DNA of 64,000 nucleotides from Rhynchopus sp. YZ270_cl-10 (lineage: Eukaryota). Shown piece after piece: positions 50,818-64,000 of the stretch (the first letter of the stretch is position 1; each line of letters begins with the position of its first letter). The stretch covers positions 558,001 to 622,000 of the forward strand of contig OZ037833.1 in assembly GCA_964035575.1 (NCBI GenBank), read 5' to 3'. The notes beneath the pieces were generated by a model. It was not told where the DNA came from and made no database searches. It saw only the letters and a list, made by a program, of their open reading frames with translations. Both the position numbers and the translations under genes were made by a program.

Positions 50818-53800
50818 TCACACTGGTGGGACAATACCGCCCGCTGCCATGCGGGATGGAGTATCAGCCCCTGGGAGGCTGTACTGAATCGGTGAACCTG
50901 CTGCACCATGGAACGTCGGCTGCATGCTCGCCCCCCGCTGCCCAATCGCCTGCGACGTAATCCCTGGGATGGGCGACCCACCGTCCATCCCCCCACCCTG
51001 CCTATATGTCAACCCATCATGCGCTGCGTTCGGGTTGTACCCCGTTGCTTGCACACCCCCTCCGTACCCTTGAGGAAGTGGCATTCCTGTGTGCGGAACA
51101 CCACCCAGAGCGACACGTGGTTTGGAGGCTTTGATGACCGATTCCATGACATATGTCCAGGCACGGAGACCGCTGTACCCAAAAGAAATGCATGTGAACA
51201 CAAAGCAGGCAACCTGGATACCGCTCTCGGCGTTGACCTTCCACAGAATGTCGATCTCAATCGCGAAGAGGGGGATGTCGGAGAACAGCAGATTGATGAT
51301 GACGCCGTAGATCCTGCGCTTCTTAGAGTACTCTTCAGGAAGAGGCCAGCGGTAGGCCCACATATAGAAGACAGAGGCCACGAGAAGGTACATCACAGTC
51401 GCAATAATCGTCATCGCAAGATAAATGTTCACCCGCCTGTCGCCCAAGGCTTCTCTCTCATTGCGTACCTGTGTGGGTTTTGAAGAAAGTGACGTTGATA
51501 ATGTAAACGCCTCTGGGACAAAGTTTTGGGGTGAAGGGTTTCACCCTCATTCTTTGAGTTTTTAGGGGTGAGCAAAAATTTTGGGTTGTTTTTGGGAATT
51601 ATTGAGTTTTCGGGGGTCCCCTGAAAGAGATGGGAATCGGGAACCGGACTGGTGAAACGAAACTCGCAAGGAAAGGATGCGATGATCATTGTCGGCCACA
51701 GAAAGCCCACCAAGAAGCTCAACGGCAAGACAGCGAAGGTGCGAAAAGAAATGCCGACGCAAAGACAAAGCGTAGCACACCCAAATACCAAAGCTCTACG
51801 CAGGTTTGCCTGCCTGGGCGGAAATTTTCTTTTCCTGAATTGAAGGGGGGGGGGGGGGGGGGGGTAGGGGGGTCCGTCCGGCCGTTTTTGCTGTCCCAAA
51901 CCACTTTTTTTTGTAAAAACCCGCGAAAAACCCGAAAAAACACCTCAAAACACCCCCAAACCCCCAAAAAATCACCCAAAACCACGAAAAACACACTTTT
52001 GAGCACTATTTCGCACTTTTTTCTGATTTTTTTGGTGTTTTTTTCCGCTTTTTCCGCTTTTTTCCATGGAATTATACCCCCTAATATGCCTATAGAATCC
52101 CTGTACTGCTCACTGAGACAGCATAGCGACCAGAGGCTCCTTATTCATCGTACCGGTGTCTTCGCCGTCAAGGGGTGCACAATCTGCCGCAAATTCCCGC
52201 AACTCTGTCTTTGTGAAGAGATGAAGCACTTTAGTGTTGTACTTTTCAAGTTGCTACTTCTGGGTGCTTTGCATGGACCTGCCTTTGTGGTGCGCTTGGT
52301 GTATCCTGCGGCAAGTTCTTCCCTTGAGAGATACGGAACCCAACCTAGACTGTAGAGGATGTCTAGGTTTCAGCGACAGTGGGTCGGTGTTGTCGGGGTG
52401 CTGGCTCCTTCCGTGGTGGCTTGCAACTTGGTCAAGGACACCGACAATGGATTCGCACGAATCATTGGTCATAGGAGGAGGCAAGGAAGGCTTTACTGCA
52501 CTTAGGCACAGGGTACGTTCTCATTTTCAGGGACCAAAAAGCCCCAGTAAGTGTTGCAAGTGCGATTTTCCACAGCTCGGGAGGTATGTCAGGCAGTTCG
52601 GAGGGATTTAGACACTTCTGCGACTGCCTGAATACGCCTTTTAGGGTTTTTATTTTGGGTGCGAAATACGTCAAAAGGATGGGGGGAAATACCGTTATTT
52701 TAAGCGTTGCAGACACAAAAACACCCTCAAAAACCCCCCAGGGACCCCAAAAAGCTGCAAAATCCACACATTTCCACCTCGGGACCTCATTGGAGGTGGA
52801 CCGAGGTGGTTTTTTGGTGTTTTGAATGAATTGGTATTATTTTTTTTTGGTAAATAAGTGGTCTTCTGCTAGGCGTTGCATAGCCGTTGCTTAAGTGTTG
52901 CATAAGTGTTGCATGGCCTATAAAACCCTCCCAAGTGCCCAAAATGCTATTTTTCACCCTACATGGGGTCTGGGGGACATTTTCCTGGGTGTTTGGACAC
53001 CATTCCGACTACCTTGGCACTTTTTTGGGGGTTTTCAGGTACAAAAAAAGTCAAAAAAGTGACTAAAAAAAGGGTACTTTTAAGCGTTTGGGGCACACAC
53101 ACCCACTGCAAAATGCATCTGGGGCCCACACAGGACCCCTAAAAGCTGTAAAAACTATATATTTCCACCCTGGGACCCCACCGGATGTGGACTGGGGTGT
53201 TTTTCGGGTGTTTAGAAGGATTTTTGTCTGATTGGAGAATTTTTTTGGTAAGTGTTGCATTTTAGCCCATGTTGATGACGATTTGATGACGCTATTTTTG
53301 GAGATTTTTCACAAAAAACCGATTTTTTTTTAACCAGGAAAGTCTCTGTAGAGGTTGTCAGGTGGTTTAATGGGATATTTTCGTGATCCCCAGGGCGATT
53401 TGCGGCCAGGTACGACCTTTTAGTGGGTTTCTTCACCTAAATTTCAAAAAAATGGGTTTGGGACAGCAAATCCTTAAGGAATTCCTTCTACGTGGACCCC
53501 CCTAGGGCAGTGCGCCTAGGAAACGGTCAACGTTTCCCAAAAGGAAACGTTGACGTTTCCCAGATTCTTGGGAAACGTTGAGGAAACGCTAAAGAAACGT
53601 TGCAAGGGGTTTTCTTTAGTTAACACATAGTATTTGACAAAACGCTCAAGACCCTCGCGAAAAGTCGCACGTCTGTGTATCCCCTCCCCGCTTGTTTTCT
53701 CCTCTCTCTTTTCTCCCCCGTTCTCCGACGCTTTCTGCACTTCAGACAAACACATTTATACCGTAGATTTGCATAATGCCCAAAAGGAAGGCGGATGACG

Positions 53801-56226
53801 CGTGGGACTACGTGAAGGTTGTGGAAGGTGCAGGGACAAAGCTCCGGAAGGTGGAGTGCACCTTTTGTGATAAGAAATTCTCAGTGTCGTCTGCGGGGAG
53901 GATCAAAGAACACCTCCTTGGGAAGGGGTCGTCAGTGACTGCGTGCTCCCCAAAAGACGACAAGAAGGATGAGTTTGAAATAGCAAAAGCGAAGTTGCAG
54001 AACACAGAGGCGAAGGTAACGCAGCAGAAGGACAACAAACAAACGTCGCTAGACCCCTTTCTCACACGCGTAACCACCAAGATCGAAGCCATGCAGAGTA
54101 TTAGGGACTTCTTCTACGAAGAGTGCATTCCCTTCCGGAAAGCAAAGAGCCGCTCATTCATGACGTTAGTCATGATGTTGTCGCGGATGTCTCAATCTGA
54201 GGCATCCGAGTTCAAGCCGCCATCCCCCGACGACCTTGCAGGCGAACTACTGCAGGAGTACGTCGCAGAGATGGACAAACTCTGCGAAAAGGGCATGCTT
54301 GCCGAAGCAAAGTTCGGGCTGTCGTTATTGTCGGACGGCTGGACTGATTGCAACGACAGGTCCATCTTTAACGGGATCGTGAGTACGTCCACATCGACGT
54401 ACTATGTAGATAACAAGACGAGCAAGAGAAAAACTATGGCCGCGATCGCAGACTATATCTGCTCCCTTCCTGTGCTTATCCCCGAGGAGGTAAGGTCGAA
54501 GCTGATACACATTTGTGTTGATGGGGCATGCAAGGAGGCCCTCCCCTTAATTCGAGCCCGGGTTGAGAAGGTGTTAACGTCTGTTTGTGTTCTCCACACC
54601 TATGATCTTCTTTTAGAAGATCTAGGTGACTCCTCCAAAGCGAGCACAAAGGAAGAATTCAAATTCTTCAATGAAGTCGTGCACAAAGCTACGGCGTTGG
54701 CGAAGTGGGTGAAGACACGCCAGCGCTTGGTCACACTTCTTGAGGAGAGGTCCGACAAGAGGCTGCTGCTACCTGTGGACACTCGCTTTGGAAGCTTTTT
54801 TATCATGATGCAACGGTTGCTGGACTTGAAAGGGCCGCTGCGTGAGATGTTTGCTGGTGAAGGCTTTGGCGAGTGGAAGGTTCAGCTAAGGAGTGCGGAT
54901 GCGAAGGCCACAGCTACCGAATGGGCGTCGGTTGTGCTCCAGGACGCCTTCTGGAAGAAGCTGGAGGGGGCGTGGCACATTGGAGATGTGATCTTCACCG
55001 TGTTGAAGCGTTACGACAACGACGACGCGTCGGGGAACAGCGCTTCCGTGGAGTACGTGAAGGAGGGTTTCGCCGAGCTGAAGAAGAACATCGAAGCGCT
55101 ACCCATAACTCAATTCCTCACGGCAGCACGTAAGCAAAAAATTGCAGACAGGGTGAACACCAGATGGAAATACGTTGCAGCCCCCATCCACAACGCGGCA
55201 CATGCACTGTCACCAACATTCCGCCTGACAGCGAGGGATGACGATGAGTCTAAAGCAGGGCTGAAGGTATGTATGGCAGGTGACCTTCGCATAATCTGCT
55301 TTACTACAGGAGGCGCTGCTGCGGTATTATGATGAAGAGAAAGCACTGCAAGCTTTGGAAGAGTACGAAAACTGGAGCACGCAAAATTTCGGTGTACTAG
55401 AAGAAAAGGCGATCGCGTCGAAGTGGGGTGGACACAAGTGGTGGTCCATGTTCGGAGCAGAATGGCCTCTGCTCAAAGAGCTGGCAACAATCATGCTCGC
55501 TCAAACTTCATCTGTTGGTGCGGCTGAGAGAGGTTGGAGCTGCTACGGCGACGTAAAAACCAGGAAGCGCAATGGGTTGTCAGCCAGCACGGCTGACAAA
55601 CTTACACGCATTCTGTACAACAAGAGGAACACGTCCACCACCCACGTCGTGGCCGGTTACTGGGAGCTTGACGAGGTGGTGCTAGGAGACGACAGTGTGG
55701 ATGGAATCGAAGGATGATTTTTTTTTTGTTTTTTTTTGTTTTTTTTTACGTTCTTTGTTTTCATTGTGTTTTTTTCCTGTTGAAACTGCGCATTTTCAAC
55801 ACCTACTTTTTTGTCTTTGTTGGTATCCAATAAAGAACCCCAGGTAGGTTGACCTCAAAAAAAAATCTCAGCGACTTGTTTTTTCTTGGGTGGGGTTGTA
55901 ACAATCTCAGCTTGGGCGGAGTGCAGTATCTGTCCTCAGATCAGTTTGGAAGCCATCCCGACATCTTTTATGATGTCCCAACTGAGTATTGTCACCACTC
56001 ATGTACAATTTTTTGTGATGTTGTTCCTGTTGTGACGCTGTGGTGATAAAGACATCGTCGCGGGGGGTTTTTTTTTGTTTTCCCCGTTTCCCTTCACGTT
56101 TCCCAAAACCACGTTTCGTAACGTTTCCAACAAAGAAACGCCAACGTTTCCCGTTTCCCAACGTTTCCGTTTCCCAGTTTTTTGGGAAACGTGCGTTTCC
56201 CCACGTTTCCTAAAAGCACTGCCCTA

Positions 56227-56261
<35 letters not shown>

Positions 56262-56761
56262 AGTTAGGGGTAATAATGCGAGACAGCTGAGAAATATGAA
56301 AATGTGTTGCCAGACCGATGATTGTTTGTTGCCACGTCAAAAGGCGATGGCAACACGATGAGTGATTTGCGCATCTAGATAATTTTTGTAGCGGGTTTAC
56401 CATGGACGAATACGAGGGGTCGAAGGGGTCGAACGAGGGGTCGAGCGAAGAAGATGAAGACGGTGAAGATGAAGAAGATGTACAGATGTGGTGGCCCCTG
56501 CACGCATTTTGGTGACTCGGGTTTGTTTTGTGAGTATTGTTTCGATAAAGAGGATTGAAAAATGTTTTTTTTTTAAAGTGCTTTTGTGCTCTGTTTATTG
56601 ATTAGTGGTGTTATAGACGTAGTCTGAGATGAAGACTTATCTCCAAAGAGGGGAGGAAGGCATACCCAGTCAAGATAGTTAGCGACGCAGAGCATGGGAT
56701 GCACGAAGTGAATGATGATCGTCAGCAGTGTGAACGTTTTCTGCCATTCCCCTTCGGCCAT
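50818..56761 (-). CDS. Multi-pass membrane protein; join(50818..51468,56666..56761), about 248 aa, with a 5.2-kb transposon-filled intron
   Basis: Phase-0 GTATG donor at 56665 and acacag acceptor at 51469 give ...NYLDW|VRNEREALGDRRVNIYLAM... Several hydrophobic helices, including LFSDIPLFAIEI. Extra internal exons cannot be excluded. Confidence 0.7.
51867..53502. mobile_element. Non-autonomous TIR element (GGGGGGTCC) with TA flanks, sitting in a poly-G tract
   Basis: TA-GGGGGGTCC at 51865 and GGACCCCCC-TA ending 53504. Poly-G lies at both outer sides (51845-51864, 56227-56259). Internal degenerate repeats near 52700 and 53080. Confidence 0.7.
53508..56221 (+). mobile_element. Apparently intact autonomous hAT transposon
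   Basis: Termini CAGTGCGCCTAGGAAACG / CGTTTCCTAAAAGCACTG, 8-bp TSD CCCTAGGG, dense subterminal GAAACG repeats. Confidence 0.95.
53776..55717 (+). CDS. hAT transposase (BED finger, DUF659-type core, dimerization domain); join(53776..55266,55310..55717), 632 aa
   Basis: W...CTFC...HL BED finger, SDGW, VDGA, CVLH, TRF, AERGWS. A 43-nt GTATG...CAG intron joins the two ORFs in frame. Confidence 0.93.
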
Positions 56762-59700
56762 TGTGTGGTGTGTTGTGTTGTGTGTTGTGTGTGGGTGACC
56801 CTTCTTACTGTCTCCCTCTTGTTTTTTGCTTCTTTTATTCCCCAAAGGAACGCCTGAGAAGGGGGGGGGGGATTTAAATGGGTTTTCATAAAGTTACCAC
56901 CTGATTTTTACCCCGCGGATAGGCGCGGATAGGTCCGGATATGGCCGGATAGTGCAAGGATAGACAGGATAGGGCCAAAAGCCGGTTTTTTTTTTTGGGG
57001 GTAAAATCAGGTGGAGTTATTAAAAAATGCAAAAATAGAAAACGACATTTCAGGATATGACAGTTGAAGCATAAACGAAAGACTGTGTTTATTCACTGAG
57101 TGAGGTGTACGTGGAAAACCATAATCCGCTAAAAAGCGCGCACCATCCGTCGTTTTTCCATTTCTATTTGACAATGCTTTGATTATTCAAAAAAATACAC
57201 CTCCCCTCTTTTTTTTTTCTCCTCCATAAAAACGAGCCTTTTTTTTGAAGATCTTTTTCAAACGGAGAGATCTTCTGTCTACAAAAATTTAGGGGTGTGG
57301 GGATGGGTGGGGGAGTACTTGACACTACTTTGACTCGCGAGAGAGAGACAAAGTATAAATTTAAGATTTTTTTTATTTAGAAAATCTGTTGCTTTTTTTT
57401 GGTCTTCACTTTTGATTTTGCATTTTATTTACTTTTTTTTGTGTTATCGACCATTGCCCCTATTAGTAGGGGTTTTCTGAGGTGACAGATTTCAACGTTA
57501 ATTCGATTAGGGAATACGGATACGGAGGAATGCATTATGACTAGCATTTACCTACCATTTGTGAACAACGGGAGGGTGGAGGGACCCCGATTTCTCTCAA
57601 AAAAAAATTGGTACAAAGAAAAGCAAAAAAGGGGAATATGTTTGGGGAATAGGCAAAGCGTTCTGATGTATTTATTACCATTTATAACGCAAAGAAAAAA
57701 GATCGGGTTTTTTGTTTGTGCGCTAAGCCGGAAAAGCTCAAAGCTGAAAAAAAATTGTGTTGACCTGAAGTACGGTTGTTGGTTAATTGAGTACTCCAAA
57801 GAAAACAAGCAAGCTTCTGTCTTTTTCAATCCGTTTTGCCCGCAGCGCTGCTTCTCCAATCTTTTTTAGAATTGACAACAAGTTGTTTTATCAAAAATGA
57901 GAAAGTTTTCGATAAGATGAACGTAAGCCTCACTGTGCTTAGTTATCTTGATATTCAGAGGAAATGTTCTGGATCAAGCCTCTCGTGCCTTGCACACATC
58001 GAGAACAAAAAATGGTTGTTAGATGACCCTGAGCTTCATGTTCGTGGTCACCTACATTTCACCTTTGACATAAACGGAGGTTGGTTAGGAGAGAAAACGG
58101 GGGGGTGGGGTGGGGGGGATAATCTAAGTGAAAAAGGGGAGGGAAAGGAGGGGGGGGGAAAAAACGAGCTTCGTCTGGAGAAAAAAGGGGGGGTTTTTTT
58201 TTTTTAAATGGTACAGATCGAGCTCTGTTGGTTCTAAAACAGAAAATGAAATAAAAAGGCATGGAAGAAAATGTATCTAAATATGGGTGTGAGAAGGGTT
58301 TTTTGTTGACAATTTTGGGGAGAGGGGAGGGGGAATTTTGAATAAAACACTATTTTGTTTGAAAACTTGGTTGTATTAGTGTAGCCACCCTAGAGTGTCC
58401 TCCACTATACTAAACACTACTTTTTTTTGTTGCTGCATCGTACAATTACCCACCAAAGAAAGAGGTGGGGGGGTTTGTACTCAGAATGTAACCCTGAAGG
58501 GGGTGGGGGACCAGTGGACCAGGGACTCCGCTAGGTACTAAAGTTCTGTTGATTGTCAACAGAACTTTTTGAAAATGGGGAAAAAAAAAAAAAAAAAAAA
58601 AGTTCTGCTGAGTGGTTCAGACCCGTTCTACCTGTCAAAAAAGCTCAGGAGAAGAAGATATGGAGAGGTGAGTGCTCAAACGTCCCAAAAAAGTCAAAAT
58701 CGGGCGTTGAAAAAAAAAAAAGTTGCGTACCGTGCGCCTGCGGCGCAAGCATGTACCCCACCACGTGGACCATCAACAGAACATTTTCAAAATCGGAAAT
58801 CCTAGCGGAGAGCCTGCAGTAGACTTTAAAAAAAAAAAAAACATAATATAGGACAAATCCAATGAGGGTTTATGGACTGTCCCTTATTGCATCGACAATT
58901 ACCTAAGGAACCCATACAATGTTTGAATCCGTTTTTTTTTTTTTTGTTGTGCTCGGAAAGGTGAAACCATTGATTTTTTCAGCATATTACTCAGGGAAAT
59001 GAGGGAGAAATCAGGTCAAAAAGCGCGGGCAAACGGCGGGAGTAACTATTGACTCTCTCTTGAGGAAGCTAAACTGCCTTCTAATAATGACGCGCATGAA
59101 TGGACCCAATGAGATTCGTTCTTCTTGCCCCCCTCATCAGGCAGTATTACCTGCCCACAAGGGCACAAGGAAAAAAGCCCTCCATTACTTCCCTTTGAAG
59201 ATACGATGTTTTTTTTTTGCCTTCTCTGGCTACTATATTTTCTCAAAAAAGAAAGGTTTATAAGATGAACCTAAGCCTCTCGTGATTAGTCACCTTAAAA
59301 AAAAGACAAAAAAAAAAATGTGAGTAATCCATCTGCGGATGAAGGTTTTGTGTGAAGAAGTAGGTTCAACAGATAGTTGGTGTTTCAGGGGAAGAAAAAG
59401 AGAACACGAAAACAGTGCACAACACGAAATAGTCTCCTCCACAAGCTTCAGCGTGACTGTATCTTGAATTGCCACTAATACATTCAAAAAGAAAGCCTTT
59501 GTTAGATGTACGCGCCTCTCGTGCAGACACACACACATCAAGCTTTCTTTTTCAAAAAAAATCAACAAACCTGACAGTCAGTACCAAATCACCTACAGTT
59601 TAGAATACTAATTTGAGAAGCACTAATGATGCTAGTCTAAATGCTAGGCTAAACGAATAAATCCCCCAAAGGGTCATTCTGGGACAGCAAAAGAAAAGAA

Positions 59701-60381
59701 GAAAATAAAAAAAACTAACTAAAACAGAAAGAACGGTATGGGAATGGGGTATGTTTAACTATTTTTTTTGACACAAAAATGAAAAAGAAGGGGGAAAAAA
59801 CAAAGCAGAAAGGGCGACGGTGATGTGAGACCATGATCACACCCCCCTCTATTTTTCTTTTTCTTCTTCTTCTCCTCTTTTTTCCTTTTTCTTTGGGAAA
59901 TTTGTTGGATTAGTGTAGCTGCCATTGAGACAGTCTTCACTATGCGTGTGCTTTGTTTTTTTTTTGTTTTTTGTTGTTTCGACAATCGCCTACGAACCCA
60001 TTTGGGAATTCTTTTTTTTTTCCTTTTTTTTTTTTTTTTTTGGATATTTGACAACTTGCCACAAAAACGCGCGAGATGCACACTTTGTTAGGCTATCTGT
60101 TTTTTTTTTTTTCTACAGTTTTGATTTTTATTTAGTTCTTTTTTTCTGAAAATAATTGACAAACGTACATTGTTGCCTCGCAGAGTATGCGGTGAAACCT
60201 GCACGGAATTTTTTTTTACTAGAATCAAAAGTCTTTTGCTCAGACGAACCCCCCACACCCCCATTCATACTGAGACAAACCACAAAGACTTTACAAGCCA
60301 CCACCATATTCTTCTCTTTCCCCCCTAATAGGGCCTATACTCTGTTTCCCAGCTCATTGGAAATTAATACGCATTTTGCGT

Positions 60382-61828
60382 CTATTCGCATTGCGAGGGG
60401 AATTCTCTGAGTGCACGGGCGACCTCCACTGCTACCTTCTTCGGAAGGGAGGGGATCTCCTCGAGCAGTGCCTTGCCTCTGTGCAGCAGGCGCTGCATAG
60501 CGAGTGTCTGCAGGGTTGGTGGCTCCAGCTCAATCTCGATGCAGTCGTTGCGGTATCTGTTGTGTGGTTTTGTTTTTGTTTTGTTTTTTGTTGTGTCATT
60601 CACCCACGACATACCCCCCAGCGAAGCCCCCAAACGTCAGCACCGTATTCTGCCAGCGCACTGTTGTGGGCCGCGTTCTCCCCCCAAACGCAATGCCTTC
60701 ATTGATCTGCGTCCACGTTCTGCTGTTGAGGTCGAGCTGGTGTGAGTCCGTGAGGTACGCATATGCGCCGCCTGCAAAGATGGAGAGCACACCATTCGCG
60801 TAGAGTGCGGTCGAGCACATCCTGTGGACAGGCGGGTTCACGCCGTAGGTGATCACCTCCGCTGCGCTGAAGGACGCAACGTCCAGCTCGAACACATCGT
60901 TGAGAAACCCTGCCCCGTCCACATCAGTCCGCCCACCGAAAATCAAATACTTAGACGAGCCTTCCCTCATCGCACCTACGTGGTACATTCTCGGCGGTGG
61001 GATGGTGCCTGCATAATCCATAGGGGTCCACACCCCTTCACAGATGTCGAACTCCCAGAGGTCGTTGAACAGAATGAGGGGCTGGTTTGCGTCGTCCTGG
61101 CCACCGCCGAAGATGTACATTTTGTTGTTGTATGTGAAAGCGGTGTGGCCTTTTCTTGACTCAGGTCTGCGGCGGCCTACGTAATAGATATGACTCCACT
61201 CCAGGGTTTTCAAATCAAGCTTCCACAGATCGTTCAACCACCAGTTGTGTACTCCTCCCCTCGCAGCGACCCCTCCAAAGACATACATAAAGCCGTCCTG
61301 CACTACTGCAGTATGCCCTGCCCTCGCAAGGGGACAGTGCAGTTCATCCTGCTTAATTTCCTTCCACGATTTTTTGACGAAGTTGTACGTCCAAAGGTCG
61401 CTGAAACAGCCGGAATCCCTCCCACCAAAGATTATCATGGTATCTTCATGGACGACCGCGGTGTGGCCAAATCGTGGGGGAGGTGCTGGGGTGTTTTCGT
61501 GGGTTGTAGTGTGGTGTGATGAGATTCGCTGTTTGAAGATATGCGATGCATCGTATGCGGCTAGCTCGGTGAGGTCAACCTCTTTAAGAACATTGTTTGC
61601 AGCACGGAACAGACGTCTCACCGAGCTTTGTGGAGGTGTCGCAGGCGGGCACTGTGTACTCAACGAATCCTCGCGCCCAACAGATGTCACCTCCCTCCCC
61701 GGCGTCCGTTCTGCATCCATCCCGCTCGGAGACGGCATCGCTACCATTGGAGCAGGGGAAGACATTCTCGGGGACGAGCCCATCACCTCCTGGCAAGGTG
61801 ATGCAAACGACGCATCCATTGCGGACAT
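60382..61828 (-). CDS. Kelch-repeat protein with C-terminal BC-box-like motif (KLHDC3/10-like); join(60382..60556,60615..61828)
   Basis: Repeated R-x-GHTA...FGG...NDLW Kelch blades. A 58-nt phase-2 intron precedes PPTLQTLA in exon 2. Confidence 0.9.
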
Positions 61829-61924
61829 AGAGATTCAGAGAAAGAGGGGAGGAATGGGGAGCGGGGGGAGAGAGAGAGAAAGATGGAAGGAGGAAGGGGG
61901 AGCGGAAACAATGTGTGAGATGGG

Positions 61925-62040
61925 AGGGAAGGGGGAAAGAGAAGGGGGGGAGGGGGAGGGGGAAAGAGAAGGGGGGGAGGGGGAGGGGGAAAGAGAAGGG
62001 GGGGAGGGGGAGGGGGAAAGAGAAGGGGGGGAGGGGGGGG
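61925..62040. repeat. 27-bp purine/pyrimidine tandem repeat forming the pyrimidine tract upstream of the Kelch gene
   Basis: gggggaaagagaagggggggaggggga repeated about 4 times. Confidence 0.8.
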
Positions 62041-64000
62041 TTTGTTTCCTAGAGAGGGGGTTTTTTTTGTGGAGGGGTGTGAGTATGAAGAAAAAAATGG
62101 GGCCTTTTTTTATTAAAACTAATTAGAAAACACAACCTGTGTAGATATACAAATTTGTAAAAGGGGCAGAATTTTTTGTGGTTCGTCATTATCTTATTGT
62201 CTTGTTTGTCAGGACGAACAGTCAAAAAAAAAGGTCCCTTTTTTGTTGTCATTAGAAAAATTTATCGTGCGATGAATTTTCGTTTGATGTTTGGCTTGAG
62301 GTTTGAGGGAAGGACAGATGCACGATAACCATGTCACCCGGTTAACTTAAAAAAAACAAGATTATTTTTTGCATGATTTTACATGCAAAAATCCTATTAT
62401 TTAGAATATATTACCGGGTTACAGGGTCAACGTGTGTTGTATTTAGGGTTTGGAGGGGAAGGTGAGCCAAGGGTGGCAATGAACATGCCGTATTTGGCTT
62501 GGGATAAACAGCAAATAAATAAAGCTTTTTGTAAAGATAAACCACCCCTCTGCGCATTGATATACCTTAACACAAAAGGAAACGATCAATTTCATACACT
62601 TTCCATTCAAAAGAAGAGAAAGCACACAAAAGGATGGAAACGAAAAAAAAAAGAAAAAAAAAGAGGAAAAAAAGACAAAGAATGGGTAGTTGAAACGTGC
62701 TAAAAACGCAGCTCGGTTGTGCTCATACCAAGGGTGGGGTGGGAGGTAAAGGGATGGCAAAGTCTAACAGAACCCACGGTCTAAACACGTTTCGGATTGA
62801 GATTTGAGTATGGAAAGCAAAATATGTCGGTTTTTTTGCTTTTTTTTGAATGAAATTTGTCGAAAAAAATATTGTGGTGAATAGCTGGCTCTTGTGTTGC
62901 CACACAACTCTCCATTTGCCACCTTTTAAATATTTTTTTTTTTTTGAAAAACTTGACTGTTCCTTTTTTAGGAAATTTTTAGGCAGAGCATGCACGGTCC
63001 TGGAGGCTTCAAGAAAATGGAGTCTGCGGGGCTAAAGAGGAAGTTGCCTTTCCTAAACGTACACACAACTGGAAAAAAAGGGGAAGGTGTCGTCACTGCG
63101 ATTGACCTTCAAGTAACTCGAGCCAATGCTGTCTGGGTAAAAAAAAAGGGGTGGGAGGCTGAGCCAAATAACGTTCTGATGACAAATCAATTTCCCATTT
63201 CTTTGGAACATTTTTTTTCTAATAAACAAAGGGTCGCGCTTGAGATTGAAATTAGGTGAAGTGTTATTTTTTTTCCTCTCTCCCTCACCCTCTTTCGTGC
63301 GCAACTTATTGTTCACAGAATCGATCCACAAAATTGGTACTGCCGATTTAAAGAAACAAGAAAAAGAAAAGAGAACCAACGGGTCTGCTGGGGGGAAAGT
63401 GAATTTGATAGTGCAAAACGCCTCTGGGACGCAGGGCACAAAAAAGAAAAAAACAGAAAAATAGAGTATGTGCTGCTTCTCATGTACATACAAAAGGGGG
63501 GTTTGAACAAATGGTATTGTCAGGTGTGCCTCTTCGTGCACAACACATCTTTTTAAAAGTACAACCCATATTATTCCATTTGAGATCGGGGTGGGGCGGG
63601 AAAACTTCCCGGGGGCGGTAAAGGGTGGGGGGGTATTACAGTGAACACTTTTACTATTTTACAAATGAGAGTTGGGGGGGAAAATAATAGCCCTGTTTGT
63701 CCCCCTCCCCTGCCTTCCGTTCAGCTTTCACGTCCACAGGGTTGTGTAACTGTTTCGTGGAAACAAAAGTAGCAGGAAGGGAGGAGGGGGTGACGGGCGA
63801 AGGCTATATTTTTCTTCTTCCTTTTTTTTTCTCTCAAAAACTTGTTTTGTATTAGTACAAACACCCCAAAGGATGAGCTCTAGCAGTTTCGAAAGAGCTT
63901 TTTCCTCCCACTGTAACCTGCGATGTAGCACCACGCTGGATGATAGGGTCACATGATCAGTTCATCATGATGGGTTGCATGATGACGGGGGTGTCGTTAC

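Noticed and set aside
51630..51815. Hydrophobic minus-strand frame as an extra exon of the TM gene
   Set aside because: The phases do not fit cleanly, and the two-exon join is already in frame.
63957..64000. Possible 3' end of a minus-strand CDS (NDTPVIMQPIMMN*)
   Set aside because: Too short to support.

Overview
Eukaryotic nuclear DNA, most likely a diplonemid (Euglenozoa). A relic of the diplonemid-type spliced-leader exon sits at 18516-18552 and there are two BILBO1-family genes. All 11 host genes I can model lie on the minus strand, most behind a pyrimidine tract, consistent with a trans-spliced polycistronic cluster: WD40 protein, MFSD5-type transporter, Rab14, RRM/Zn-ribbon protein, NUDT1, BILBO1, a BILBO1-NTD CaaX protein, USP32-like, a mitochondrial-type membrane protein, a multi-TM protein and a Kelch/BC-box protein. 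Cis-introns are GTAT...CAG and usually have an A-rich rather than pyrimidine-rich 3' end. Introns and spacers hold many transposons: an intact hAT, three deleted hAT copies, CAC-terminated elements, Harbinger-type MITEs and tyrosine-recombinase relics. The most unusual signal is roughly 50 copies (counted by eye) of about seven families of short conserved hairpin elements. Nearly all share one orientation relative to transcription, they occur in introns and spacers, show G-U/compensatory stem changes, share a GAGG...YTWTCAAC architecture and recur in a partly fixed order. One family is the integration site of a decayed YR retroelement. All gene models and alignments were done by eye.
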